Shown: positions 12,022-25,184, counted from the first letter of the stretch. The stretch: DNA of 64,000 bases from Octopus bimaculoides (GCF_001194135.2 NC_068981.1:22213792-22277791), one strand, 5' to 3'. The notes: a model not told the origin generated them from the sequence alone. Numbers and translations are program-made.

Positions 12022-12300
12022 TTATCATTTAATGTCCATGTTCTATGTTAGCATGGGTTGGACCATTCAACAGGCTCTGACTAGCCTGAGGACTGTGTTG
12101 ATGTCCAGTGTCTGCTTTAACAAAGTTTCTATGGCTGGATGCCCTGGTGTTTTTTTTTTTTTTGTAGCACCAACACTAGTAAGTCATCAAGTGACTTGCA
12201 AAACAAAAAGCAAAACTCCTTGTCTGAGTAGGGATGCAGTATTGAGGGAGGTGGCTTGGTACCAGATGTAGAGTGGCTGAAGTAGGAAAGAAGAACAGGA
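12022..12300 (-). mobile_element. Old RTE LINE 3' tail
   Basis: (CAT)n followed by 'ttaatgtcc...atgttagcatgggttggac'. Confidence 0.65.
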
Positions 12301-12514
12301 GCTGGGTGTCTGTTTAGTTTGAGGGGGACAGGAGCAGGTGTTTAGTTGAGAAGAAATACATCGCTACTTCAGCAGGGAAGGTGGAAAGATCAGGAGATGA
12401 AGTATCGGGTACTACCCTCTTTCACAACTGCATTTATATCAGTGAAGCAAGGTAAGTAGAAGTTTGAATCATGACAATCGTTAAGAATATTTATTCCCAA
12501 CAAGTTTGGATTAG

Positions 12515-12690
12515 TGGAGGTGCATGACCTAGCGGTTAGAGGTATTGCACTTGTGATCTGGGCTTTACATTGTATTCATTTCACATTGCCCCACACTACT
12601 TGACTGTAAATGACTAACCCTATGATGGATTGGCATCCTGTTCAGAGGGAATCTTGTAATCTCAGTCACTTATGTGCCAAGGAGTCCTAG
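12515..12690 (+). mobile_element. tRNA-derived SINE (CORE/V-like, family E), degenerate
   Basis: 'ggaggtgcatgacctagcggttag' head and 'aaccctatgatggattggcatcctgttcagaggg' block. Confidence 0.5.
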
Positions 12691-13761
12691 GACTCAAGAT
12701 AGTGATTATTTTTAAAGTTTAGACTCTTGGTTCTAATTTTGAAGCTTTTCTAGCTCAAACTAAAGCCTAACGCTTTAACATCCAGCCTAAAGCTTTACTT
12801 CATGTGTCAGCTAGGTGTTTCATAAAAACTTTGGAGTTCTATTATAAATTTTTTTTAGGAACAAAGGATTTGTTTAACTAACTTGTATATATATATACAA
12901 AATCCCCATCATATACAGATACCAATACCTACAGACACATGAAAATACACATACAAACACCAACAATATATACTATGCCCTCTTACTTTATTAAATCGAT
13001 GAACAATTTTCCTTTTTTAGAGACTTCATATATCCATTACTAACCAGTTCTATTCAAATAATTCAACTGCTATTTTATATTCTTTTAATAAAAACCTCTA
13101 TTTTATTAACTCTTTGTTTTGTCATTCATTCCTTTCAATGTCACTGCTGCTGTCAACTCCAGATTCAATATAAATAGAAGAATTTGTCTTTGTACATAGG
13201 TCTGCTTTATCAGGGCCAGCTTTAATTTAAACAACCCCAGATTTGTTCTACATTAAATTGATAGCTGTGATGATCAAGTTCACTGTAATATACCAACTGG
13301 TGTAAGATATACAATTGACTAAGTGATTCTTTCATCACTACTTTGGTAAGTATGAAGGGTGTGGTTTGATATAGATTTAGCTGATATTTCTAACACAGAA
13401 CTTCCTTCATTAACTCATAATGGTTTGGCTTTCTATATAAATTGAATTGATAAACATTTTTCTCTAATATTATATAACTCAGAGTGAAAGTTAGTGAAAT
13501 ATAATGGAAAACTATTAGTAATTACTGTATCTTGTTTTTCAAATTTTTTTGTGGTCATTATATAATAATTAATTATTAATGTAATAGAATTGATAAAAGC
13601 TATCTCAGCTATTGATCTCATTGTGGAAGTGTCATAGAAGTTCAATAAGCTGTTAACCTGATGTAGACAGGTCAGCATTAACAAGGTACAGATCCTAACT
13701 TACTGAGGCCAGACACATTTTAGAATATGTCTGATCATGAGGTTTACTACTACTACTACTA

Positions 13762-13940
13762 CATCATCATCATCATTTAATGCCAGATTTCCTATGCTGG
13801 TATGGGTTTGTTAGTTTGACTGAGTTTGATGAGTTGGAGAACTGCATCTTGCATCAATATCTACTTTAGCTTGGTTTCTATGGCTGGATTTCCTTCCTAA
13901 TGTCAACCCTTTTACAGTGTAATGGGTGTTTTTTCATGAA
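13762..13940 (-). mobile_element. Old RTE LINE 3' tail
   Basis: (CAT)n start and 'tttctatggctggatttccttcctaatgtcaacc'. Confidence 0.65.
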
Positions 13941-15464
13941 AAGTAGATTTTTTAAAAATCTTTTAGCCTGGAGGGAACGTAGTACCCATGATCCTTTACA
14001 AGATCTCTGAGAGTACAGCAACCTTACCAGAATGTATGCAACAGTCAGATTCATTAAAGGCAACCATGGTGCTAGGTGGCAGTGTTAAACTGGATGACAG
14101 ATTAAGTGTACCACCCGAGTAGGAATTTGAACTCAGAATGCAAAGCACTAGAACAAATACCAGAAAGCATGTTGTCCAATGCTCTACACTAGTCTACTGC
14201 TTTTCTGAAAATGAAAGTAGCAAGAGAGTCTGAAACTCAGTCAAAACAAATATGATATATGTTCTGGTAGATTCCAATATGAATATGTTCTCTGATGGTG
14301 AATAACAATAGTGATCTGATATTCACACTTGAATCTACAAGAACATGTTGAGAATGAATACATCATTGTCTGGATTCTTACTGCTCTTCATGCACCACAT
14401 GAATCATTAATAAAACATTCTTCTATTAGAACTCTCACAGCTTACTGTGCTCTTTTAACTGTATCCTTTCAAAGCTAAGTGAACTGGGCCACCATAAATT
14501 GTATACTTTTCACAGATACTGTGGAGTGTTGATAACAAGATTTTGCATTATGTTTTATCACATAAGCAAAATTAAAAAAAACAACACAGTAGCCATTAAC
14601 CTTTTCAGGGTCTCCAAATTTAGTGGAAGTCATTCTCAAACTGGAAACCTTCTTGCAATAGTGGACTCCACTCCACTAAAAACACCTATGGACCAAATTG
14701 TGGTATTCAAGCTAATGGTAGATTAAGCCTACCATCCAAAAAATACACACATATACAACACACACTTGGAAATAGACTTGAACATCAGTCTTTCATATAC
14801 ACACACTTACAGTCTCATACACTATATCTCTACCTCTCTCTCACTCAATTACAAACACAGTCACATACATATAATACTGATACATCATATGCACTTAAAG
14901 GCATGTGTACACACACATACAATATACATATTTGTGTTGAGTAGGCCCTTTTTGCTTTATAGCTTATTTAACCAGTATTGAGTCCTCAATCAATAAATGT
15001 TCTGCCATTTTCCTTGAATTTGTTTTGGAGAAATGTCAATTTAACATAGATATCATGTACTGCAAGATCTTCTGCAGTTAGAGATATTCATATACATGCA
15101 AACACACACTCTAGAATGCGTTTACAGCCCCACAGTTACACATATGTCACACTTGAAAGCAGACTCATTCTCACATACATATACTCATATATACACACTC
15201 ATACATCCATGTACAGCACAACAAACTTAACTCCATGAACTGATGAGATTCTATATGGTTACTTGATCTGCTAAAAGTAGCAGCTAAATCTCCACCAAAT
15301 CACACACTCTACCATCTTTAAAAAAAGACACACTGGATACTATAGTCCTTGATAGTCTGTTCCTAAATATATGGTAAATTAGATGCAAATTTAAGTAAAT
15401 GCTGTTTAGTAGTCTAAGAGAAATGTAGAGTTGTTACAAGCAAAATACAATGCTTTCAAATTTT

Positions 15465-15660
15465 GGCACAAGGCCAGCAGTTTTGGGGGAGGGGCCTAAT
15501 CGATTACATTGACCCAGTACTCAACTGGTACTTATTTAATTAATCCCGAAAGGATGAAAGGCAAAAATCAACCATATCAGAATTCAAACTCAGAACGTGA
15601 AGACAGGCAAAATGCTGCTAAACATTTTGCCTGGCATGCTAATGATTCTACCAGCTTGGT
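15465..15660 (-). mobile_element. SINE family C (alternative tail)
   Basis: 'ggcacaaggccagc...gattacattgacccagtactcaactggtacttattt...aattcaaactcagaacg'. Confidence 0.7.
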
Positions 15661-16879
15661 GCCTTATATACAAGGTATAATGATAAAATCATGTGTAGGA
15701 GCAGTCTGAGAAAGTGTGTGTGTGTGTGTGTGTGTGTGTATGGAAAGATGTTAAAGAACAATTCTTTATATCTGAATTGAAATATTTATAAAAGTGCAGC
15801 CATACAACATTCAAGTAATGTCAGTTAACAAACAAAATCTGCTGTGGATATAAGAGTAAGGAATAGAGAACTAGTTCTTGCTGGTATTTTAGTTTCTAGT
15901 GAATAAAAAGGAAAAAGAAAGCATTTGCTGGAAAGTTTTCAAAAAATGTGAATATACATTTTGCTGTAATGAAAATAAAAATAAATAACTAATTACTAAT
16001 TTAAATTTTTTCTTGAAATACTATTTCTTATGAAAAAATGAAATTATGTACACACACACATACATTGAGTGTGTTGTTAATGTGACTGGTGCTTTGTGAT
16101 CATGAATTGCTAACTTAATTAAATTGTTCTTCAGTCCCAGGTGATCTTTAAATAAAGACATTCCAGCTGTAACCATTCCATCTTTATTTCAAAACCGAAT
16201 CTTGGACTGTTATCTTCGTGTCCTTCCTTTTATGATGGTAATGAGTTGAGGGAGCTTTAGCTGCTATTTCTAGGAGACCAAATTGATCAGTAATTTCATT
16301 ACTGCCCTTGATGTTACATTGGGAAAACTGGAATGAGGATATTAGCAGCTTTCTTTGATACAATTGTTTGTGTCTATAAAAACCTGTATTGTTTTTTTTA
16401 TGCTTGTGTTATATGTCCATATGTTGAGCTCACTGAGTCTGTACTTTCTTGTTGTGGTTTATGGTTTTAGTTTACTCACATTTGTCAAGTTAAAATTCAC
16501 CAAAGTCAACTTTGCTTTCCATCCTTCCAATGTCAATAAGTTGAAGAACCTGTTAAGTACTGTTGCCTATTTAATTAACTAGCCCCTCCTTCAAATTTCA
16601 TGCTTTGTGTCTATGTCAGAGACAATTATTAAGGACGGGTTGATTAGCAGATTTATTAAAGTATTAGAGAAAATGTATTGTGTGATTTGTTACAGCACTT
16701 TACATTCTGAATTCAACATACTGGGATAAATGTAATTTACTAACTTCCTTCACTCAGAATTGCTAGCCTTCTGCCTAAATTAGAAACAATTAATATTAGC
16801 AGTAGCAGGATGTACTGTCCTGCTCACGTTCACTTTTATATTTTGAGGGTACATCCTGACAATTCATCACCACCATTTT

Positions 16880-17235
16880 CACTCCTTTTCCAGCTGGGAT
16901 AGCCATGTATCTCCTCTACAGCAAGACACTTGTTCCTATCCTTCTATCATATTCTTACTTCTCAACATTTGGCATGAAACCATTTCTCTTAATACTACAC
17001 CCCTTTCACTCAAGGCGTATTTTCTTGTGAACTATTAGGTGACCCCACTAGTGCCAGTGACACGCAAAAAGGCACCCAATACACTTTAAAGTGGTTGGCA
17101 TTAGGAAGGGTATCTGTCCATACAAACCATGCCAAAACAGACATTGGGGCTTGACACAATCCCCTGACCTGTTGGATCCTGTCAAACCATCCATTTCCTG
17201 CCAGCAGGGAGGAATACAGACTCTAAATGATAATG
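16880..17235 (+). mobile_element. Old RTE LINE 3' tail
   Basis: Homologous to 1190-1563. Confidence 0.65.
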
Positions 17236-18714
17236 TAATACTTCTGGAAATTACATTTTTTCTCATTAAATGTGGTAAATGTTCATGAAGTTGAAAATCA
17301 CTTTTTGTTTTTGGCTGGCAAAGAATAAAACGTATTTAATACAAATTGTGATTAGTTGAATTCTTGCATGTTTGTGGTGAAAGGGAAAGCAATAGCAGGA
17401 AAGACGCTTGAAGGGAATAGTTCTAGGAAAGAAAAACTGGGCAAAGTTGGTTTAATAATGAAAGAAACAGAAGGCCAATGTAAGGAGATAAAACAGATCA
17501 ATTACTAAGATTTATATGTAAAACGGGGAAATAGTCAGCAAGTTTAGGACAGTTATAGTAAAGGTAGAAAGCAGCATTTTTCTTTTTTATGTAAAAAAGA
17601 TGTAGTTTAGAATGTATATGCGTACAGTAACCTACAATGCCCAAGTGTGAGAATGCTTTAGAATAGAGCACATTTGTTGTAAATGGTTTATCATAAATTC
17701 ACAGGGTTGAAATATATTTCCTGCTAAAGAAAGGAAACCCAGCCTTTGTGATGGTCAGGATAGTTTATCTCATTCCTAAGGAGTGCAAATAGGGTTTAAC
17801 TGTGTTAAAAATCAAATGAATATTGTGCTGTAAATGTTCAGTTGAAATGTGTAGTAACTAATTGTTAATGCTATCAAGTTCTCACTCTTGCATGTTTTAA
17901 ATGTTGCTTGCTATTCATAGACGTCCTGAATGCTTGTAAGTTGTGGTGAAAGAAGCTCGAGTGTGAGAAGTGAAGAATTTGGTTATTAGCCTAGGTGTTT
18001 GTGTTGTTAGTATGACATTAAGTTGATGATTAAACAATCCCTGAAAGCAATGTGAGTTGATAATGAGTACCTTATCAAACATACTGCAGTGCAGAAATCT
18101 GACAGGAGAGATTTTCTTATATATTTAAATGGTTAGTGACAAGTGAAGCGGCCCATAATGAATTACCCTGGCCTATTTTATTCTGGAAGTTATATAACTA
18201 TTCACAAACTATTAAGACCTGTGGATTTGATAGGAATATTTTTGTTGTACAGATTTAAAAAGAAAATCTTTTATAACATTTATATAGAGACCTCATAAAC
18301 AGAGATCTTTGTTAGAGTCAACCTAATTAATGCTGCTTGTGATTATAGTGAAAATATAAATTATAGTTACAAAAGGTATATAAGCCCAGAGAAGTGTTAC
18401 CTCTTTATTTTAAATTGCAATTTGTGAACAATAGTTTTGTTGGTTTCCAATGGGCCAATCACTTCAACATTGATTCTCCGATAGTAAGTGTGACAAGGGG
18501 GTGTCTGTTAATTTGGTTCAAAGAGCACTGGTTTTTCACTAATATACAAACACATTTAAATCATGATCATTATATATACAATAGGTCTTCATCGTTTCCA
18601 TTTACCAAATTTTATTCACATACTACTGGTCCACTCAAGATAGAAATATTTGCTGAAAGTGCTGTGGCATGGAAGAATCCTGTGGTTAGGGAGTGAATTT
18701 TCTAATCACACAAC

Positions 18715-19030
18715 CATACTTCTAACAAACTTGACTATAAAGAGTTTCTTTCTGTGTAAAACAGACAGACTGTGTATGAAGCATGTTTAGAAGGTATTTT
18801 ACTTAACTGAGTGCAGAATATCTAGAAAAAACAAACAAACAAAAAAAAACTGGTAAGATTTTGGTTGAGTATGATCTGAGCAACATTAATTCCCAGGAAA
18901 TGAAGGGTGCTTTGAAGCATTACTTATGCTGGAGACATGGGTGTATGGATAAACTCTGGATAGTGAAAGGTAGTCTTGGTAGAAGAAAACATTGAAAATT
19001 GTAAAGACAAATCCCAGTATGGGTGTTACC
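18715..19030 (+). mobile_element. Very old RTE ORF C-terminal remnant
   Basis: Decayed matches to RTE 'KG.SL..KGRLY.ACV' and 'LY..ETW' motifs. Confidence 0.4.
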
Positions 19031-19631
19031 TTGATTTACTAAACTGATTGTTGAATTAATTCAAGATAGTTTTCTCTAATTCAGTAAGAAGCACTATCTT
19101 AAGCTAACTCTTGTTTGTTTTATTCAAATGGGCACAATTAGATTTCACAACATATTCCACTGATTGTTTTAATATAAACAACTTAGATTAACACACTCAC
19201 ACTTAATGTGTAATGATTTTTCAACAAACATTTTGAACTTAAAAAACCTGTTTAAATATTCATTCCCTTTTTGCTATTTTGTGCTGAGTAGTGCTTATTT
19301 CGTGTAGGGACCAGTGAATGATACAGTCTGAACTGTAACCCCTTCCATTTTCTGGAATTTTGATATTTGTAATTGTCACTTTGAAACCAAAGAATCCATG
19401 CCTATGTAAGAAATCAATACTTGCCTTATTTGAAACTCAAAGCTAATGAAATACATTTTCATTTTGCATTACATTAATATAAATTTAGAAAAATTTAATG
19501 ATTGAATGGGGATAAAATGGATGAAATTTGCATATTACTGGACGACTTACAAACTAAATGAAGTGTAAAAAGAGTTTATTGCAACTTTTATTTTCTCTGG
19601 GCAACAGAAATAGAAAAAAAACACCTGGTTT

Positions 19632-19667
<36 letters not shown>

Positions 19668-22395
19668 CACACATTTTTGGAAACGGCCATTGGATCAGAA
19701 CAAATAGTTTTAAAAAGTTTTTTTTTTAGCCAAATTGCTAAAAATTTTGTTGTTTTAAAACAAGCAGTTTTTAAAAAATTATAAGTTAACTCAAAAAATT
19801 AATAATTAGATGAGAAATAAAGCAATCAGCTTTTTCTTATTTATTTGACCTGTAAAAAAAAAAAAAATATATGTACATGTTCAATGAGAAAGTGGTCTAA
19901 CTAAGTCATAACATTTGCTTCAAAATTGTTTATTGTTGGTAGAGTTTGTTAATTCTCAATTCTGTTACATGCTTGTTCACAGTTTCCAAGTAGAGGATAA
20001 AAAGCTGTAGGATACAAGACCATAACAGTTCTTAATCAGATGTTTTGCTAAAGATACTTTCAGTAGGTGGCACTAAGATACCAATACAAAAGAAAATAGA
20101 GAGAAATGGGGTGGGAGAGGGTGGGGGAGAGAAACCTTATAATGAATATTAATGTAAATGAAAAGTACATTAGAAAAATAAAAGAATCTGCTTAAATGAA
20201 GTGGGTTACAAAAATAATTTTTCTTTTGGAAAGGAGAAAATAATAAAAGAATGACAATTTAAAATGCCAGTGGGCAGAAGATAAAATAAAACAAGATAGT
20301 AGTGGAAAAATAAATACTACAGAGCTATAGATGGAAGTTATTCTAAGTAATATCATTTATATCTAAAGAATGTATAAGGAGTAAATTAGCAACATTGTAG
20401 TAAATATCTGGTATTGCAAATCACAGTCAAGGGAATAACTTAGAAAAAAAAAAAAAATAAATAAAATCTCTGAAATATGGTCAAATATATGGAGAAGGAG
20501 ATGATAGTAATAATTAATTCATAAATGTTAGGATGACAAACTGCCATTAATGAGAGTTATTAAAAAATTTAGCAACTAAATTTCTTTATTAGTCGTAATG
20601 AAATAAGGAAATGACAAGGGGACACAAGTGTTGAAATGCTGTGCTGGATTAGGCCAGTGTAACCCACACTAGCACATTTTATATATACACATATATATAT
20701 TTTGATGTAAAATGATGATCAACCCTCAAATTTCTGAAAGGAATACTATAGACTTAGGTGATGTGTAAAAGAGATGAAGAAAAATTAAGCTCAGAGAAAG
20801 TGTGAGGGTGTAGAAATTCTAAGGATTGCTAAAATGTTGGAGACTTTCAATAAAACCTTGGCATGAAAATAAATATAATGGTGTCATGTGTGTGAGTTAG
20901 TGTTATATGTGAGTAACATTGATGATCTGGTATCACTATCTTCAACCTAATGGAGACAAATGGAAGATGAATTTAATATGTATGTATTGGTTTATGAATT
21001 CTACAATGAATTCAACTATGAGTTACACTCTGAGTACAATGATAAAATCATACTCTCTTAAAAATTTATTTAATATTATGATTAATAAAAATTTGAACAT
21101 TTATTAAATACCCTAAAGATTAAGGGTAAAATTATAAAATATGCTGTATTTAAAGATAATATATGTCTTTGGTCTTTGAAAGGTTTTATTGTTAACAAGG
21201 TAAATTTATTCTGCTGTAAGCAAATATTACCCACTGTGATCAAGTTAAAACAAGGCAGCCAGTTCAATAATTAACAATGTAATTAAAACAATTTTATGAT
21301 GTAATCTATTGAAAATAAACAAGAAAAGAGTAACTTGTATGAAATTATCAACAAGTATATTAACTATCAAGTGAAATGTAACTGTTGTTTCCAACGATTA
21401 AGAATTTTGATGAATGATTTTTTTCAAACAAAAAATGAACCCTAAAATTTAAAGGGAATATGTGAATATTTAAGGGTATCAGGAACTAAAGTTAAATGAT
21501 AACAACAGAAAGTGAAACATTGAAACATTAACATGGCTGCCGAGAACTTACTGTTGCATAACAATGCAGGATATTTGCGATTAGGAAACGGAAATTTGTT
21601 CTGACTAGATACAAGACTAATTTTAAGGGAAGGAGACATAGTTTATTGACCTGCTATCAAAATATTGCACCCACAGGAAATAAAACTGATAGTGACTATA
21701 GTAATGCTTTCAGTCAGAACTGTAAAGCATCCAAGCCAGTTCTCTGCTATGATGATGAACACTATAAATGTTGATTGCATAAAGTATTTGGCAGGTAAGT
21801 GTCATAAAGTTTTCAGTATACTTGAATTCCAAATTACTAATTAAAAATAAGTGATGAAGTATATCTAAAGGATGAATCTGAAGATGGCTATTATTTTACA
21901 GAATACTGTAATAAATGGAATGAGAAAACATACTGGTCAGTTGTGGAACAGCAAAAATCCATAAACAGCTGTTCATACAATTGTAAATCGAATGTGATGT
22001 AGGACTTGGGTCAAATCAATAACAAAACCTCTATAATGAGACAGGGATCTTTCAGTGGAGTGGTTAGGATATAACAATTTACAAATTTTTTATGAAAAAT
22101 GTTGTTTTTCTAGAAGCAGATATTTGATAAATAAAAAAAACTAGATTATTCAATGGTATCACTAAATTATTTAAAACCAAATAAAAAATATATTAACGAT
22201 GATAGTTTTTGCAGAACTGGGCAGAGAATAGACTGGAAGGAGAGACAAGTGTACAGCTGGCCTACGTATTGAATGATGAACATGGATGAACCACTGTTAC
22301 ATTTCCTTTTGCCAGATTTCATTTCAATTTCCTCAAAAGAAATATTTCTCCAAAGTATGGATGCAGTCTAAACCGAAAATTTGAGGAAGACTCAC

Positions 22396-23248
22396 NNNNN
22401 NNNNNNNNNNNNNNNNNNNNNNNNNNNNNNNNNNNNNNNNNNNNNNNNNNNNNNNNNNNNNNNNNNNNNNNNNNNNNNNNNNNNNNNNNNNNNNNNNNNN
22501 NNNNNNNNNNNNNNNNNNNNNNNNNNNNNNNNNNNNNNNNNNNNNNNNNNNNNNNNNNNNNNNNNNNNNNNNNNNNNNNNNNNNNNNNNNNNNNNNNNNN
22601 NNNNNNNNNNNNNNNNNNNNNNNNNNNNNNNNNNNNNNNNNNNNNNNNNNNNNNNNNNNNNNNNNNNNNNNNNNNNNNNNNNNNNNNNNNNNNNNNNNNN
22701 NNNNNNNNNNNNNNNNNNNNNNNNNNNNNNNNNNNNNNNNNNNNNNNNNNNNNNNNNNNNNNNNNNNNNNNNNNNNNNNNNNNNNNNNNNNNNNNNNNNN
22801 NNNNNNNNNNNNNNNNNNNNNNNNNNNNNNNNNNNNNNNNNNNNNNNNNNNNNNNNNNNNNNNNNNNNNNNNNNNNNNNNNNNNNNNNNNNNNNNNNNNN
22901 NNNNNNNNNNNNNNNNNNNNNNNNNNNNNNNNNNNNNNNNNNNNNNNNNNNNNNNNNNNNNNNNNNNNNNNNNNNNNNNNNNNNNNNNNNNNNNNNNNNN
23001 NNNNNNNNNNNNNNNNNNNNNNNNNNNNNNNNNNNNNNNNNNNNNNNNNNNNNNNNNNNNNNNNNNNNNNNNNNNNNNNNNNNNNNNNNNNNNNNNNNNN
23101 NNNNNNNNNNNNNNNNNNNNNNNNNNNNNNNNNNNNNNNNNNNNNNNNNNNNNNNNNNNNNNNNNNNNNNNNNNNNNNNNNNNNNNNNNNNNNNNNNNNN
23201 NNNNNNNNNNNNNNNNNNNNNNNNNNNNNNNNNNNNNNNNNNNNNNNN
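22396..23248. other. Assembly gap (853 N)
   Basis: N run. Confidence 1.
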
Positions 23249-23563
23249 AAAAAAAAAAAAAAAAAAAATGTAAAAAGAAAAAAAAACATTTCTCTGTAAT
23301 GAATAAAAATATTTTATATGTCAAATAAAGATGAAAGTATTAAAAATGTATGAACAGAAATTGAAATGCTTCTTTTTGTGTAAGATATAAATGAGTGGGG
23401 AAAAAAAAGTTCTGTTCATTCTGATCCTTATTGTTTAAACTAAAATTTAACATTCTTAGACATTTTGGTTCTCTGTTAAATAATACTTTAGAAGTCTTTC
23501 CAATAGCAGTTAAATATCCAAGAGAATAAGCTACTAAAGATCACAAAGCCAATTTAAAGGCTC

Positions 23564-25009
23564 TTAACCATCTACTTTGATACTACTGCTTGATTGTTCC
23601 TTTCTCAATGGTGTGTGGCTAAATCGTAAGTTAAATTTACAAGAGCGTTTTATGCAAACGTTTTCAGCTGAAGTTTCTCCAGAGTCATGTTTTCTTTTAC
23701 TGTTGCGATGGTGAGGTTTAGATGATTTATGATCACCAATTAATTGCTGTTGCCAGGCCAAAAACCGTTTCAGAACATGCCGTTTTTCGGAATTACACTT
23801 CTTTTCTTTGCTGGTTGGGAACTGCATGCAGTTCAAGGACAAAGTTCTATTTGGAACAGAGTTTGTCTTTCGCTTGCTTCTGGTCGCCATTTCTGAAAGC
23901 TTTTGAGAAGAGATTTCTTCTGATATGTTTAAGTGGGAATGTTGATTTTGAGTGCTGTTAGCTGACCGTAGGTGAGAGCCACTGCTTTCAGAAATATTTT
24001 GTGTATCGAACAAATGTGAGCTGAAGAAGCGTTTTGTAAGCTTTTCTTTGAAATCAAGTTTACCACGAGATAAAATAGTTTTGTTCGGTGTGACCTTCTC
24101 TTTTAAGGTGACTTTATCACTCAATCTACTTTTACATAGCTTATCATCAATCTTGTGAGTTCGTGTTCTTAACAAATTTGGTCGTAGACTAAGCCGCCTT
24201 TGAACAAGCGGAGACGTGGATACTGACAAGCTACTTAGAGAAAAGTCTTTGCTTTTGACAGCAGCAGTCTCTTTGTTTTCACTTGGTGCAGTGTCATCAC
24301 AGATATTAGCATTGTGGTCAATTTCTCCAGTCTCAGCACACCGAGAGCCATCACTCCCTAGATCACTACTTTCATCATCATCTTCTCCAGACAAACACAA
24401 AGAAAACCGCATTCTTGATGTACGATACAGTTTGCCAGCAGACAGATTTTCTGGTTCTTTACAAATAGAAATTTCGGGTGTTATATCTCCATCTGATGAT
24501 GTATCTGCTAAACAGGAAGGAGAAGCATCTAAGTTGTTGTTTTCTGAAGATTCAGTGATGGAATTGTGATCAAGAGAGGGGTTAGTCTCTGAATCAGACC
24601 TGCAGTCATTTATGTCAACATTGGATGTGTTAAGTAGTAAGGAATTAACTTTAGTTCTGTCATTTTCTAAAGACAGGTTTTCTCCCTGAACCTTGACCTG
24701 TATCTGGCCAGCGGTTATTGGTGTAGCAGTCAGAACAGGTGCATGGCACTGACCATTATTAGCATTAGGCAGCAAGTGTTGTTTTAGATAAGCATTGATG
24801 TCCATGCTCAGTTTGTGTTGTTTGTTTAGCTGTTGGATGTGTTCTTCTCGTCGGCGCCGTAAGCGTTCTAATTTGCTTGGTCCCATAGTATCAATCATAA
24901 CAACAACACAAGTGGTATTATCTGCTTTCAGCATCCGTTCATGCCATTTTTGAAGAGCAAAATTGACTAAGTGTTCTGCTGGGTTATTCCAGTATGTCAA
25001 GGGGGACAA
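23564..25009 (-). CDS. PPM1D: PPM1D/Wip1 last coding exon: end of the PP2C domain plus a long C-terminal tail
   Basis: Acceptor ttctttttcag|TTG (phase 0); ALQKWHERMLKADNTTCVVV matches human [20 protein letters not shown]; TAA at 23564-23566. Confidence 0.92.
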   Translation of the reverse strand: MSPLTYWNNPAEHLVNFALQKWHERMLKADNTTCVVVMIDTMGPSKLERLRRRREEHIQQLNKQHKLSMDINAYLKQHLLPNANNGQCHAPVLTATPITAGQIQVKVQGENLSLENDRTKVNSLLLNTSNVDINDCRSDSETNPSLDHNSITESSENNNLDASPSCLADTSSDGDITPEISICKEPENLSAGKLYRTSRMRFSLCLSGEDDDESSDLGSDGSRCAETGEIDHNANICDDTAPSENKETAAVKSKDFSLSSLSVSTSPLVQRRLSLRPNLLRTRTHKIDDKLCKSRLSDKVTLKEKVTPNKTILSRGKLDFKEKLTKRFFSSHLFDTQNISESSGSHLRSANSTQNQHSHLNISEEISSQKLSEMATRSKRKTNSVPNRTLSLNCMQFPTSKEKKCNSEKRHVLKRFLAWQQQLIGDHKSSKPHHRNSKRKHDSGETSAENVCIKRSCKFNLRFSHTPLRKEQSSSSIKVDG

Positions 25010-25141
25010 CTGAAAAAGAAAAAAAAAATTCTATAATAATGAATTTGTCAGAAGAGGACAGACAAAAAAAAAGCATCTATTCAAATAAACAAAGACAACA
25101 ATAGTAGTCAAAAGTGCATGCACAGTCCACAGAATAAAATG

Positions 25142-25179
<38 letters not shown>
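25142..25179. repeat. A38 homopolymer (poly-U on the PPM1D pre-mRNA)
   Basis: Direct count; about 130 nt upstream of the last acceptor. Confidence 0.95.

Positions 25180-25184
<5 letters not shown>

Noticed and set aside
22333-23328. Three 310-318-aa ORFs in the track
   Set aside because: Artefacts of translating the N gap; the same applies to ORFs spanning 9174, 26705 and 53287.
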